Source of the DNA: Smithellaceae bacterium
GTDB lineage: Bacteria > Desulfobacterota > Syntrophia > Syntrophales > Smithellaceae
DNA: 64,000 bases
Assembly: GCA_963667845.2 (NCBI GenBank)
Contig: CAXXVL010000001.1
Coordinates: forward strand, 640,001 to 704,000
Direction of reading: 5' to 3'
The notes beneath the pieces were generated by a model. That model saw only the letters and a program-made list of their open reading frames with translations, ran no database searches and had not been told where the DNA came from. Shown here piece by piece: positions 20,426-30,274 of the stretch; the stretch's first letter is position 1; each line of letters starts with the position of its first letter. Both the position numbers and the translations under genes were made by a program.

Positions 20426-20890
20426 ATGATGAAGAAAGTATTGGCATTGGTAATGGCCGTCTTGTTTATGGCCGGCGTTGGTGTTGCAATGGCTGAAGAA
20501 AAGGGTACACCCGATGAGGCCAAGGCAATGGTCAAGAAGGCCGTGGCATACATGAAAGAAGTGGGAAAAGAAAAAGCGCTTGCCGAATTCAACAATCCGA
20601 AGGGGAAGTTTGTCTACAAAGACCTTTATGTCTGGGCTACGGGCATGGACGGCACTAACCTTTCTCACCCTTACACACCGGCGCTCATCGGCAAAAACAT
20701 GTATAACCTGAAGGATGCGGATGGAAAATTTTTCGTCCAGGAAAGGATCAACATCCTTAAGACGAAACCAAGCGGAACCATCGAATATCGTTGGACCAAT
20801 CAAAATTCCAAGAAAGTGGAGCAAAAGGTTGCCTATTTTGAGACTGTCCCCGGCATGAACCTTTTCCTTAATTGTGCATACTATAAATAA
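20426..20890 (+). CDS. Stand-alone periplasmic single Cache domain protein
   Basis: Signal peptide, EAKAMVKKA, F..KDLYV, HP...L.GKN..NLKDADGK, G.IEYRW motifs. AGGAGG SD. Confidence 0.88.
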   Translation: MMKKVLALVMAVLFMAGVGVAMAEEKGTPDEAKAMVKKAVAYMKEVGKEKALAEFNNPKGKFVYKDLYVWATGMDGTNLSHPYTPALIGKNMYNLKDADGKFFVQERINILKTKPSGTIEYRWTNQNSKKVEQKVAYFETVPGMNLFLNCAYYK

Positions 20891-21294
20891 TTAAATACAA
20901 AAGTTCATCGAAAACCGGCAATCGTCCATAGAAATCGAAAACGATGTTCGTGGCGTAGCCGGTTTTTTCTATTCAAAATTGATATACACTTGTTTTTTGC
21001 ATATCAATCAAGGGAGACGCCTTAAATTTAAAACGAGGCAGACAAGTTCGCGGGAATATTCCCGAGCCATCGAATTGCTGCCGCATGCATCCGCTTTGAC
21101 TAAAGGGAGATGTCCCGCCATGCTGTTCATTGCGAAAGGCCTTCACGCGATATGTGCCGCTGCCCGGTCATTTCAGGATTTACCGAACCATCCCTCCATC
21201 GCTGACCGTTACTCTCAGGAAATGATCTTGCCTAAAGCGGCCGCGAAAGGTATTATCAATTTTAGAATTAAATGAAAGAGACGACGGCGCGTGC

Positions 21295-22164
21295 ATGAAA
21301 CGATTTTTTGTCTGCTTGATGATTATCACCGGAATTCTGGTCTGGTCGTCTTCCTTATATGCCGCCGGTGAACCCGAGCGGCGGTTTGTCGAGCAGGCGC
21401 TCGTGGCCCAGGGAGTGGATCCCGCGCAGGCCGAATGCCTTATGCAGGATCCTCGCATCTTCATCCAATCGGATATCGTCATTAAAAACCTCTTCTATTC
21501 CAAACCCAAAGGGTCCAAGAAAAATCCGGACGTCATGGAGATAGATCCGCTTCTTGTTGAACGCGGGAAACGCTTTATGAAAGAAAATGCCGAGGAGCTG
21601 TCCGCCGTGGAAAAAAGTTTTGGTACGTCGCCGCGGATCATTACGGCCATTCTCATTATCGAATCCAGGCTGGGAAGTTTCCGGATGCCCTGGAACGCGG
21701 CGAATGCCTATGCCAACCTGGCATTCCTTTCGGACCCGGCCTATCTCGAAGCGATACAGAACCTGTATGCGGACAGGTATCCGCAGCTTCGCGATGAAGC
21801 GACGGTTGCCCGGGCGAAACGGAAAGCGAAATGGGCGGCAGTCGAACTTGCTTATCTTGTTCACATCGCCAATCATCTGGGTATCGATCCGCTGACCCTC
21901 TCCGGATCGTTTGCGGGCGCGCTGGGGCCGGCGCAATTCATACCGTCGTCGTTCTGGATTTTCGGAATCGACGGCGACAAGGATGGCATGGCCAATCCGC
22001 TCAATATGGCGGACGCGAATCTCAGCATGGGGAACTATTTAAGAAAATACGGTTGGCGGGAGGACGCCCCGCTCGAACAAAAACGCAGGGCGCTCTGGTA
22101 CTATAACCACAGCGACGTTTACGTAAACACCGTCATGACGGTCTATGAAAAACTGGGACGCTGA
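21295..22164 (+). CDS. Lytic murein transglycosylase (MltB/SLT_2 family)
   Basis: Signal peptide, IESRLG catalytic Glu, GSFAGALGPAQFIPSS, DGDKDG EF-hand-like loop, YNHS..Y. Confidence 0.92.
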   Translation: MKRFFVCLMIITGILVWSSSLYAAGEPERRFVEQALVAQGVDPAQAECLMQDPRIFIQSDIVIKNLFYSKPKGSKKNPDVMEIDPLLVERGKRFMKENAEELSAVEKSFGTSPRIITAILIIESRLGSFRMPWNAANAYANLAFLSDPAYLEAIQNLYADRYPQLRDEATVARAKRKAKWAAVELAYLVHIANHLGIDPLTLSGSFAGALGPAQFIPSSFWIFGIDGDKDGMANPLNMADANLSMGNYLRKYGWREDAPLEQKRRALWYYNHSDVYVNTVMTVYEKLGR

Positions 22165-22181
22165 ACAAAGCGTCCCGGTTT
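22150..22181. terminator. Hairpin between convergent genes, probable terminator
   Basis: AAACTGGGACGCT-gaacaa-AGCGTCCCGGTTT spanning the transglycosylase stop codon. Confidence 0.55.
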
Positions 22182-22196
22182 CATCCGTTTTTCTTC

Positions 22197-23816
22197 TTAC
22201 CACGGATCAATGAAAGAATGAGAAGCAACCTCCGGCGGCCGCACAGGCGCCGACTTCAGGCCTTGCATGATCCACTTGCGGGTATCGGCCGGGTCGATAA
22301 CCGCGTCGATCTCCAGATAGGCGGCCATGTTGATGGCCTTGCCTCGTTCATACAGCTGGGCGACCAGAAAATCATAGAGTTCTTCGCGTTTCTGAGGATC
22401 ATCGATTGCGGCGAGCTCTTTCTTGAATCCCGCTTTGACGGCGCCTTCCAGCCCCATCCCGCCGAATTCTCCGGTCGGCCAGGCAGCCGTAAAGAACGAT
22501 TCATGGAAGCCGCCTTTGGCCATGGCCATGGCGCCCAGACCGTAACCTCTGCGCAGCACGACGGTGAAATAAGGCACGCTGAGATGAGATCCGATGACAA
22601 ACATGCGGCAGACATGGCGCACCTGCGCGCGTTTCTCAATTTCCGGTCCGACCATGAAGCCGGGAGTATCGCATAGTGAGAGAATCGGTACGCCGTGCGC
22701 GTTGCAAATCTGCATCAAGCGGGCGACCTTGTCCGCGCCTTCGGCTTCGATGGCGCCGGCCGTGACCATAGAGTTGTTGGCGATGACGCCGAAAGGACGG
22801 CCTTCGATACGGATGAGACCCGTCACCATGCTGGGGCCGAACTTGGGCTTGAGTTCCAGAAACGAGTCCGTGTCGGCAATGCCTTTAATGACGCTGCGGA
22901 CGTTGTAGGCGCGTTTGCGGCTTTCCGGAATCAGCGTACGCAGTTTGAGAGGATCGCCTGTTTCCCACGACGGCGCGACGCCCTGGAAATAGGAAAGATA
23001 TTTCTTGGCAACGGCGACGGCTTCCACATCGTCTTCGACTTCGATATCCACCACGCCATTTTGTGTCTGGATATCCATCGGGCCGACTTCCTCCGGTTTG
23101 AAAACGCCTAAGCCCCCGCCTTCAATCATCACGGGACCGCCCATGCCGATGTTGGAATTTTTTGTGGCAATAATCACGTCGCAGCAGCCCAGGAGCGCTG
23201 CGTTTCCGGCAAAGCAGAACCCTGATAAAACACCGACCACCGGCACATGGCCGCTCAACCTGGCAAATGCGCCGAAGGTTGTCAGGTCCAGTCCGGCGAT
23301 CACAACGCCTTCCGCATCAACGTCACCGGGCCTTCCGCCGCCGCCTTCCGCGAAGAAAATCAGCGGCAAGCGCTGTTCGTAGGCCAGATGCAGCATGCGG
23401 TCCTTTTTTTTGTGGTTGAAGAAACCCTGGGTGCCGGCCAGAACGGTATAGTCATAGGCCAGAACCATGCAGCGGGCTTTGTCTTCCGCGAACATCGAAC
23501 CGTTGACGGCTCCGACGCCCGCGATCATCCCGTCGGTGGGTGTTTTCGCGATGAGATCATCGACGGAACGACGTCCGCGCTGTGCGGCAATCGCCAGCGC
23601 GCCATATTCGATAAAACTCCCGGAATCGCAGAGGTCCAAAACATTGGCGCGCGCCGTACGCTGATTTTTCTGTTTTCTTTTCTCAACGACGTCGGGACGG
23701 TTTTCATCCAGGCCGAACGATTGGCGTTTGATTAATTCGGCAAGCTCCGGTCGGATGGGGTTATTGTTGGTTTTCTGAAGTCCTGCCGCGTCGCTTTTTT
23801 TCTTATCCGTTTCCAT
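22197..23816 (-). CDS. Acyl-CoA carboxylase carboxyltransferase domain protein
   Basis: YDYTVLAGTQG, EGGGGRPGD, CFAGNA, GMGGP, DTPGFMVGP and GEFGGMGLEGAV motifs. No biotin carboxylase or biotinyl domain. Confidence 0.92.
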   Translation of the reverse strand: METDKKKSDAAGLQKTNNNPIRPELAELIKRQSFGLDENRPDVVEKRKQKNQRTARANVLDLCDSGSFIEYGALAIAAQRGRRSVDDLIAKTPTDGMIAGVGAVNGSMFAEDKARCMVLAYDYTVLAGTQGFFNHKKKDRMLHLAYEQRLPLIFFAEGGGGRPGDVDAEGVVIAGLDLTTFGAFARLSGHVPVVGVLSGFCFAGNAALLGCCDVIIATKNSNIGMGGPVMIEGGGLGVFKPEEVGPMDIQTQNGVVDIEVEDDVEAVAVAKKYLSYFQGVAPSWETGDPLKLRTLIPESRKRAYNVRSVIKGIADTDSFLELKPKFGPSMVTGLIRIEGRPFGVIANNSMVTAGAIEAEGADKVARLMQICNAHGVPILSLCDTPGFMVGPEIEKRAQVRHVCRMFVIGSHLSVPYFTVVLRRGYGLGAMAMAKGGFHESFFTAAWPTGEFGGMGLEGAVKAGFKKELAAIDDPQKREELYDFLVAQLYERGKAINMAAYLEIDAVIDPADTRKWIMQGLKSAPVRPPEVASHSFIDPW

Positions 23817-24081
23817 GTGCTTTATACTCCCGTGTCAGTTAAGAGATATTTGTACCGGCACGAAACGTCCGGTATTTTGCTTTGTCAATTAAATGAACTC
23901 ACATTTTAATGCTATAATTATTTTTTTCTTATTTCCATATTTTTCCATTCGGTGGAGATTTTTACTTCCGCGGCACAGCCCCGACGGAAGGCTCATCTCT
24001 GGGGGACACCTGGAATGGCGCTGGATTGACCGACGATTCTTCATGAGACCGCAGGACGGGTTTTGCCGTTCTTCCATCGGC

Positions 24082-25437
24082 TCAGCCGGCTTCGTCGACC
24101 AGTCCGTATTTCTTAAAAATGTAGTCGTTGTCTTCGCCGATATTCGCCGAAATCCATTTTACCCTGAGCGGTGTTTTGGTCATCTTGCCGGTTGTCGGCA
24201 ATGTTACGACCCCAAACGAGGGATGGCTGATTTTCGGGAAAGTCCCGCGCGCTGCCCAGTGCTCTTCTTTGAGGACTTCAGCAGGCGTCAGCATTTTCGT
24301 TGTGACGGGAAGCCCTCCGCCCCGCCATTTGGAGCGGGCTGCTTTTACACTGTAGGCGGCGAATTTTTCGTTAATTTCCTGATACGTGAATTTACCGACG
24401 GCATTTTCCACGATGCTGTTGAGTTCTTTGACCTTTTCAATATCATCCGTGATCCGGTCCAGAAGCGTTTTCCAGTCCTCTTCAATTTTCCATTGGCCCA
24501 GAAGCTTCAGAGCCGCCCGGAAGTCCTGATCGCGGAAGCAGGCGATGGCCACGTAACCGTCCTGGCACTTGAAGAATCCGTAAGGACACAGGCCGTAGTC
24601 GAGTGTGCCATAGCGCAGCCGCGGCTTCTTCCAAACATAGCCGATGGTCGGCGGAAAACCGACGCAGGAGGCGTATGCATCGGCCGTGGCGATGTCGACC
24701 ATTTGTCCTTCACCGGTTCGCCGTTTAAAGAAAGAGGCGACAAGTCCTCCGCAGGCGGCACCAACCGCGGATGTGTAGCCGGCGGCATAGAACCCCGCGC
24801 GGGTCGGCCAGTTATAAGGTTCGGGAGCATCCGGAAGATCACCGATGAGCGCGGTCAGGCCCGACTCCGCCTGCGAGGTCAGGTCCGTCCAGGGCATCTC
24901 GGCCATTTCTCTGCCCTTGGCCGTATAATGCCCGTAGGGCGAAATGGCGATATAGATGAGGCCGCCATTGAGTTCCCGCAGTTGCCGGTAGCCGACGCCC
25001 CAGGCATCCATCATCCCCGGGGCGTAGGTGTCAATGAGGATATCCGCCCGCGAGGCCAGGCGCTTGAGATTTTGCCGGCCTTCGGGACTTTCCAGATCCA
25101 GAGTGATCTGCCGCTTGTTGCGGCTTTCCATCAGATAAGGAATGCCGACGCCCTGGACATTGGCCCCATACGGGCTCATGGCGCGCGAAGGGTCGCCTTC
25201 GGGAGGTTCAACCTTAATCACCTCGGCGCCGGCTTCAGCCAGAAAACTCGCCGCGATATTTCCGGAGAAATTGGCATAACTCAGGTCGAGGACCATCATG
25301 TCGTCCAGGGCTTCCGGTTTTCCTTCGGACGTTGTCAATTGCGTCAGAATATTTTTCCAATCGGATAATTTGGACGCGCCTTTCTTCTGCAGATATCTGG
25401 AATAGACTCGCTCTTTAATGGTCGTCACCCCCTTCAT
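24082..25437 (-). CDS. Class III CoA-transferase (CaiB/BaiF), probable non-catalytic subunit
   Basis: VLDLS, GAEVIKVEPPEGD, RNKRQITLDL and GEGQMVDIA motifs. The catalytic Asp position reads AAGY. Exact start is uncertain. Confidence 0.9.
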   Translation of the reverse strand: MKGVTTIKERVYSRYLQKKGASKLSDWKNILTQLTTSEGKPEALDDMMVLDLSYANFSGNIAASFLAEAGAEVIKVEPPEGDPSRAMSPYGANVQGVGIPYLMESRNKRQITLDLESPEGRQNLKRLASRADILIDTYAPGMMDAWGVGYRQLRELNGGLIYIAISPYGHYTAKGREMAEMPWTDLTSQAESGLTALIGDLPDAPEPYNWPTRAGFYAAGYTSAVGAACGGLVASFFKRRTGEGQMVDIATADAYASCVGFPPTIGYVWKKPRLRYGTLDYGLCPYGFFKCQDGYVAIACFRDQDFRAALKLLGQWKIEEDWKTLLDRITDDIEKVKELNSIVENAVGKFTYQEINEKFAAYSVKAARSKWRGGGLPVTTKMLTPAEVLKEEHWAARGTFPKISHPSFGVVTLPTTGKMTKTPLRVKWISANIGEDNDYIFKKYGLVDEAG

Positions 25438-26773
25438 AATTAAAGATTTTATCCTTGGCCAGGTCGTGATAGATCGGCGGTCTCTGACCGACGCGATAAT
25501 CCCAGGTGCCCACGACCCGTTCTTTTTCCAGAGCCTTAATCTGATCTTCCGTCAATCCCAGAATTTTCTTGAAGACGTAGCGGTTGTGATAGCCGAGCGG
25601 TCGGGTCAGCCATTTGATTCTGCCCGGTGTAAGGCTTAGCATGGCGATCGGTCCTTCGACGAGCAGCTTCTTATACATATCATCTTCAAAGAGAATGGCG
25701 CTGCCTCTCTCCCTGCGCCACTCGTCCTGGCTGATCTGGACATCGTCCATGACTTCGGCCGCGGCAAACCGGTTTTTCCTGGCCAATTGGGCCAGTTCCG
25801 ATGCGTCCTTGGTCCGCACCCATTCTTCAAGGACTTTATTCAAGGCCAGTGCGTTTTCGCGCTTGAGCCGGCTTATAGCCTTTTTATATATTTCATTTTG
25901 CGCGAGGTCATCACGGCCGAGAACTCTGCACAGCGATTGAAATTGCTTGTCCGTGGCAATGGCGATGGCAACGAATTTTTCGTCCCGCGTCTTGAATATC
26001 CCCGAGGGGGACATGGTCGGGTCCATGTTGCCGGTGCGCCCCAGGCTTTCGCCGGTCGCGTCATGGTAGGTAAAGTGGCCCAGCGTCCGCATCAGGATTT
26101 CCGCCTGGCAGCCGTCGATATACTGTCCCTCGCCTGCGCGTTCCCGGTAATTGAGTGCAATGAGGATGAGCATGGCTGCGTAATAGGCAGGGAAGAAGTC
26201 TCCGAAAAAATCGGGAACTTTAAAATATTTATCCGTGTCCGGGTGACCGGTGACGGACAGCACGCCGCTCGCGCCCTGAGCCAGAAGATCCCAGCCCGGA
26301 GCGTACCGCCTCGGGCCGTATTGTCCATAAGTGCTGAGACTTGCGTAAATGACTTTCGGATTGATCTTGCTCACCTGCGAATAGCCGATGCCCCAGGCCT
26401 CCACGGTCCCGGAGGTGAAATTTTCGATGACGACATCGGCCTTCTCGGCAAGCTTCAAAATCAGGTCCTTGCCCTTGGGTTTCTTGACGTCAATGCCGAC
26501 GAAATATTTCCCGGGGTTGATGAAATGCCACAGGGGATTGGAGTGCTTCCAGTACTTGCCCCAGTAGGTTCCTCCCCGCCAGTAGTCACCCTGGTAGGGA
26601 ACTTCCACCTTGATCACTTCGGCGCCATACTGTCCCAGGGTCTTTGCCGCCGTCGGCCCGAAAATCATATGGGACAAATCGAGCACGCGGATGCCTTTGA
26701 GCGCTTCGGCCTTTTTATCGATGTCCTCCCGGGCAAAAAGCTTGTCGGTAAAATTAAAATAGTCTTCAGTCAT
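25415..26773 (-). CDS. Class III CoA-transferase (CaiB/BaiF), probable catalytic subunit
   Basis: LKGIRVLDLS, GAEVIKVE, ADVVIENF, YGQYGP motifs. FFGDFF retains the catalytic Asp. Confidence 0.92.
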   Translation of the reverse strand: MTEDYFNFTDKLFAREDIDKKAEALKGIRVLDLSHMIFGPTAAKTLGQYGAEVIKVEVPYQGDYWRGGTYWGKYWKHSNPLWHFINPGKYFVGIDVKKPKGKDLILKLAEKADVVIENFTSGTVEAWGIGYSQVSKINPKVIYASLSTYGQYGPRRYAPGWDLLAQGASGVLSVTGHPDTDKYFKVPDFFGDFFPAYYAAMLILIALNYRERAGEGQYIDGCQAEILMRTLGHFTYHDATGESLGRTGNMDPTMSPSGIFKTRDEKFVAIAIATDKQFQSLCRVLGRDDLAQNEIYKKAISRLKRENALALNKVLEEWVRTKDASELAQLARKNRFAAAEVMDDVQISQDEWRRERGSAILFEDDMYKKLLVEGPIAMLSLTPGRIKWLTRPLGYHNRYVFKKILGLTEDQIKALEKERVVGTWDYRVGQRPPIYHDLAKDKIFNYEGGDDH

Positions 26774-26775
26774 TT

Positions 26776-27480
26776 TTACATTCCTATATAAGCTTTTTTC
26801 ACCAGTTCGCTGTTTAAGAGAAAATCGTTTGTTCCTGTGAGGACAACGTGACCGTCCTGCAGCACATACCCACGGCTGGCGACTTCTAATGCATACAATG
26901 CGTTCTGTTCCGAGAGAAGCACGGTAATTCCGTCCGCGGGGAATGTTTTAATGACATCATAAATCTGCGACATGATGAGCGGGCTTAACCCCAGCGAAGG
27001 CTCATCGATCATCAGAAGTTTTGGCTGGGCCATGAGTCCCCGGGCGATAACCAGCATCTGCTGTTCGCCGCCGCTCATCAGGCTGGCGGTCTGAGTGGCG
27101 CGTTCTTTCAGGATGGGGAACAGGGCGCAGACTTTCTCCATCATTTCCTTTCTCTTCTTCCAGGCCTTGACCGTACTGGCTCCCATCAGCAAGTTTTCTT
27201 TCACGGACAGGTAAGGGAATATTTTCCTTCCTTCGGGAATCTGGGAGATCCCTTTTTTGACGATGTTGTCGGACGACTCCTTGTGGATGTCCTCACCGAA
27301 GAAAGAGATCGTTCCTGACTTGGCGGGCAATACGCCGGAGATGTTGTTGAGCAATGTAGTTTTTCCTGCACCGTTGGCGCCCAGGAGGGCGACGATCTCC
27401 CCCTGCTCGATCTGCAGATTCACGTCATGAAGGACGGGGATCACACCATAAGCGGCATTCAGGTTTTTAATGTTGAGCAT
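26776..27480 (-). CDS. Branched-chain amino acid-type ABC transporter ATPase (LivF-like)
   Basis: GANGAGKT, MSGGEQQML, IDEPSLGL. Start ATG 27480 follows GGAGG. Confidence 0.95.
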   Translation of the reverse strand: MLNIKNLNAAYGVIPVLHDVNLQIEQGEIVALLGANGAGKTTLLNNISGVLPAKSGTISFFGEDIHKESSDNIVKKGISQIPEGRKIFPYLSVKENLLMGASTVKAWKKRKEMMEKVCALFPILKERATQTASLMSGGEQQMLVIARGLMAQPKLLMIDEPSLGLSPLIMSQIYDVIKTFPADGITVLLSEQNALYALEVASRGYVLQDGHVVLTGTNDFLLNSELVKKAYIGM

Positions 27481-28201
27481 GGCGGCCTCCCAGATATGCC
27501 TCAATGATTTTGGGATCCGAGGTGACTTCCCGGGGCGGACCCTCCGCGATCTTTTTGCCGTATTGAAGAACAACTACCCGCTGGGTCGCGTTCATGATGA
27601 TCTTCATGACATGTTCGATCCACAGGATGGTGAAGGCAAACTGTTCCTGAGCGCTCCAGATCATATCCAGCGCGTGCGACGCCTCCATCGGATTCAGGCC
27701 GGCCATGACTTCGTCCAGCAGGAGCAGTTTCGGTGTGGTAGCGAGCGCCCGGGCCAGTTCCAGCATGCGCAATTCATAGAGATTCAAATCCCGCGCCAGG
27801 GTGTCGCGTTTGGAGAACAGCCCCACGAACTCCAGATAGTAGGAGGCCTCCAGAGCCGCATCGGGAACGCTCATATTGGGACGATGCTTCCCGTTTAAGA
27901 CGCCGACCATCACCCCGGCCAGGGCGGTCATGGATTCGAAGGGCTGGGGGATCTGATACGTCCGGGAAATACCCAGCTTGCAGATCTTATGGCTGGGGAG
28001 GCCTGTGATATCCGTTCCGTCAAAGCGGATGGTTCCGTGATCGGGTCTGTAAATGCCGCAGATCAGATTCAGCATCGTGGTTTTGCCCGCACCGTTAGGG
28101 CCGATTAAACCGACGACTTCCCCCTCGGCAACGGAAAAGCTGACGTCGCTTACAGCGGCAAGTCCTCCAAATTTTTTTGATACGGTCGTTATCGTAAGCA
28201 C
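27467..28201 (-). CDS. ABC transporter ATPase (LivG-like)
   Basis: FGGL.AV, GPNGAGKT, LLDEVMAGL, IEH, EAYLG. Confidence 0.95.
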   Translation of the reverse strand: MLTITTVSKKFGGLAAVSDVSFSVAEGEVVGLIGPNGAGKTTMLNLICGIYRPDHGTIRFDGTDITGLPSHKICKLGISRTYQIPQPFESMTALAGVMVGVLNGKHRPNMSVPDAALEASYYLEFVGLFSKRDTLARDLNLYELRMLELARALATTPKLLLLDEVMAGLNPMEASHALDMIWSAQEQFAFTILWIEHVMKIIMNATQRVVVLQYGKKIAEGPPREVTSDPKIIEAYLGGRHAQH

Positions 28202-28205
28202 GATG

Positions 28206-29249
28206 CTATTCTCTCCTTACATGAAGTTTGGGGAAATAATCCCGGGGCCGTTTTTTCCTGTAGAGGCCCCATAATCCTTCTCCGCGGGGAAGAAAAACAA
28301 TCAACGCGATCAAAATCGCCGGGAATACAAAGTAGTTCACGGGACCGAGCCCCCGCAAAGAATCTTCGAGAATGGAAATCAGATAAGCTCCCGGGATGGC
28401 GCCATAGAGAAAAGCCCTTCCCCCGACGATGACGATGATGAGGATCTTGGTCATAAAATCCAGAGGAAGATAGGTCACCCCGGCGAAGGTGCGGAACGTG
28501 TGGACGATAAACCAGCCGGCGATTCCGGTTAGGATGGACGGAGCCACGTAAAAGAATATTTTGTAAGCGTCTACCCTCACCCCCATCATGCGGGCCACGT
28601 TCTCGTTTTCGTTGACCGCCGCCATGCTGATGCCGATCCGCGAACGCACCGTACGGTCGCAGACGAGGAGATAAGCGAGCATCAAAAACAGCGACAGATA
28701 GTAATAGGCGATGTAATTCCAGGAAACCTTTTCAAATGTCAGCAGAGGACTCATTCCCACGAGGCCCACTTCTCCGCGGAACAGGTCTCCCCAAATGTAA
28801 GTCACATCCAGGAAGGTCAGCGGCAGGATCAGGGTGATGAGTGAAAAGTACAGCCCTTTGGCGATCAGGGTCGTCGGGCTCAAAGCAAGTGAGATAACGG
28901 CGCAGACGGTAATGGTGGCCGCAAGCGTCATGGCGGGACTCCAGCCGAAGTGCAGATTCAGCAGGGCGGCCGTATAACCGCCGATTCCCAGATAGAGCTG
29001 CGGACCAAAATTGACGCGGCCCGTTCCCAGCATCTGAAGAGCCAGGGGGATCGCGATAGCGGCATAGATATTGGCCGTCGTGATCATGGTCAGGATGTGC
29101 GGATAGGAGTGGACGAACAGAGGCAGAATCAGCAAAACACCGATGCCGATTGTCGGGTTTCTCCAGTAACGCGGTTCGATCACCCATTCCGTTTTTTTAT
29201 CCCGCCAGCGCGCAACAATGCGGTCACGGCGTAATTCAAAGTTTACCAT
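28206..29249 (-). CDS. ABC transporter permease (LivM-like)
   Basis: Multi-TM, G.V.FG...Y.GIGGY, KGLYFSLITL, ENENVA..MGV. Confidence 0.92.
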   Translation of the reverse strand: MVNFELRRDRIVARWRDKKTEWVIEPRYWRNPTIGIGVLLILPLFVHSYPHILTMITTANIYAAIAIPLALQMLGTGRVNFGPQLYLGIGGYTAALLNLHFGWSPAMTLAATITVCAVISLALSPTTLIAKGLYFSLITLILPLTFLDVTYIWGDLFRGEVGLVGMSPLLTFEKVSWNYIAYYYLSLFLMLAYLLVCDRTVRSRIGISMAAVNENENVARMMGVRVDAYKIFFYVAPSILTGIAGWFIVHTFRTFAGVTYLPLDFMTKILIIVIVGGRAFLYGAIPGAYLISILEDSLRGLGPVNYFVFPAILIALIVFLPRGEGLWGLYRKKRPRDYFPKLHVRRE

Positions 29250-30118
29250 AGGGTCTCTCCTGCAAAGATTCCCCCGCGCCGGTAAATCATCACAACCAGC
29301 GTGACGATTAAGGCGGCAAGCCCCATGAAGCGGGAGACGAGAACGAAGCTGACCGTGGCGTGGATAAATCCGATCAGATAGGAAGCCACAATGCTGCCCT
29401 TGAGATTGCCCAGGCCCCCGAGAATGGAAATCAGCATGGCGGTCATCAGAAGGGACGCGCCCATGAACGGATCAACCCCCCAGAAAGGCGCGATCATGAT
29501 CATGCAGATCGTGGGGGGGATCACCGAGAGGATCATGGCCAGGTAATACATCCGGTTGACATTCGCTCCCATGAGCAGGGCGGCCGGCAGGTTTTGGCTA
29601 ATCGCCCGGATAATCAGGCCGATTCTTGTTTTCATGAACCACAGCACGTAGACGGCTGTTACCAGGATTCCCGCCAGCGCGGCAAAAATCATCTGGTAGG
29701 CAATGGTGACACCGCCGATGGAGAGGACGTCGTCAAGGATCGTTGAAGGAATGCTGACGCCGGCCGTCACCGGATACAAATAGTTGGCCAGATGGGCGAC
29801 GACCAGAAAAATGAGGATGGAGATGGTCAGGAGAACTTCCTCCTCTTCCAGGTAGCGCTGAAAAACGCCTTTGTAAAAGACCATGAGCGCGAAGGCGCAT
29901 TGAACCAAAACCATCAGCAGGAGGCTGGGCAAGAGTCCCAGGTGCACATCCTCCATAAAGAACCAGGTGACATAAGCGGCTATTACAAATACCACACCGT
30001 ATCCCAAATGAAATATGCGGAGCACCCCGCAGATGAGTGAGAAGCCCAGCGAAATCAGAAGATAGATGGACCCCCAGATCACGGAGTAGATGATAATCTG
30101 CAGAACGATATTATTCAT
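29243..30118 (-). CDS. ABC transporter permease (LivH-like)
   Basis: YLLISLGFSLI.GV, G..IRAISQN..AA.LMG, ILGGLGN..G. Confidence 0.93.
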   Translation of the reverse strand: MNNIVLQIIIYSVIWGSIYLLISLGFSLICGVLRIFHLGYGVVFVIAAYVTWFFMEDVHLGLLPSLLLMVLVQCAFALMVFYKGVFQRYLEEEEVLLTISILIFLVVAHLANYLYPVTAGVSIPSTILDDVLSIGGVTIAYQMIFAALAGILVTAVYVLWFMKTRIGLIIRAISQNLPAALLMGANVNRMYYLAMILSVIPPTICMIMIAPFWGVDPFMGASLLMTAMLISILGGLGNLKGSIVASYLIGFIHATVSFVLVSRFMGLAALIVTLVVMIYRRGGIFAGETLW

Positions 30119-30233
30119 AGGGTCTGCGTTCCCCCTTTTTTTTGATCGTAAGCTTCCGGGTATGAATGAACTGTGTTGAAAAACTCCAAGAGCACCGGAT
30201 CATCCTGAAAGAAAATGATGACGTTGACGTTTT

Positions 30234-30268
30234 CGGGGAATCCGTACGCATTGGCGACGGATTCCCCG
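30234..30268. other. Strong stem-loop immediately 3' of the substrate-binding protein gene
   Basis: CGGGGAATCCGT-N11-ACGGATTCCCCG, a 12 bp perfect stem with no U-tract on the coding (minus) strand. Likely an mRNA-stabilising or attenuating hairpin. Confidence 0.6.
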
Positions 30269-30274
30269 CACGGG

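Noticed and set aside
20979..21275. 98 aa ORF or riboswitch upstream of the transglycosylase
   Set aside because: No recognisable protein motif or SD, and no match by eye to c-di-GMP or other riboswitch consensus.
23893..25368. 491 aa plus-strand ORF and other long antisense ORFs (e.g. 1185..2249, 10528..11529, 17228..18373, 25787..26791, 30215..31402, 32547..33551, 37984..38895)
   Set aside because: They are shadows of well-supported genes on the opposite strand in GC-rich DNA and show no recognisable motifs.
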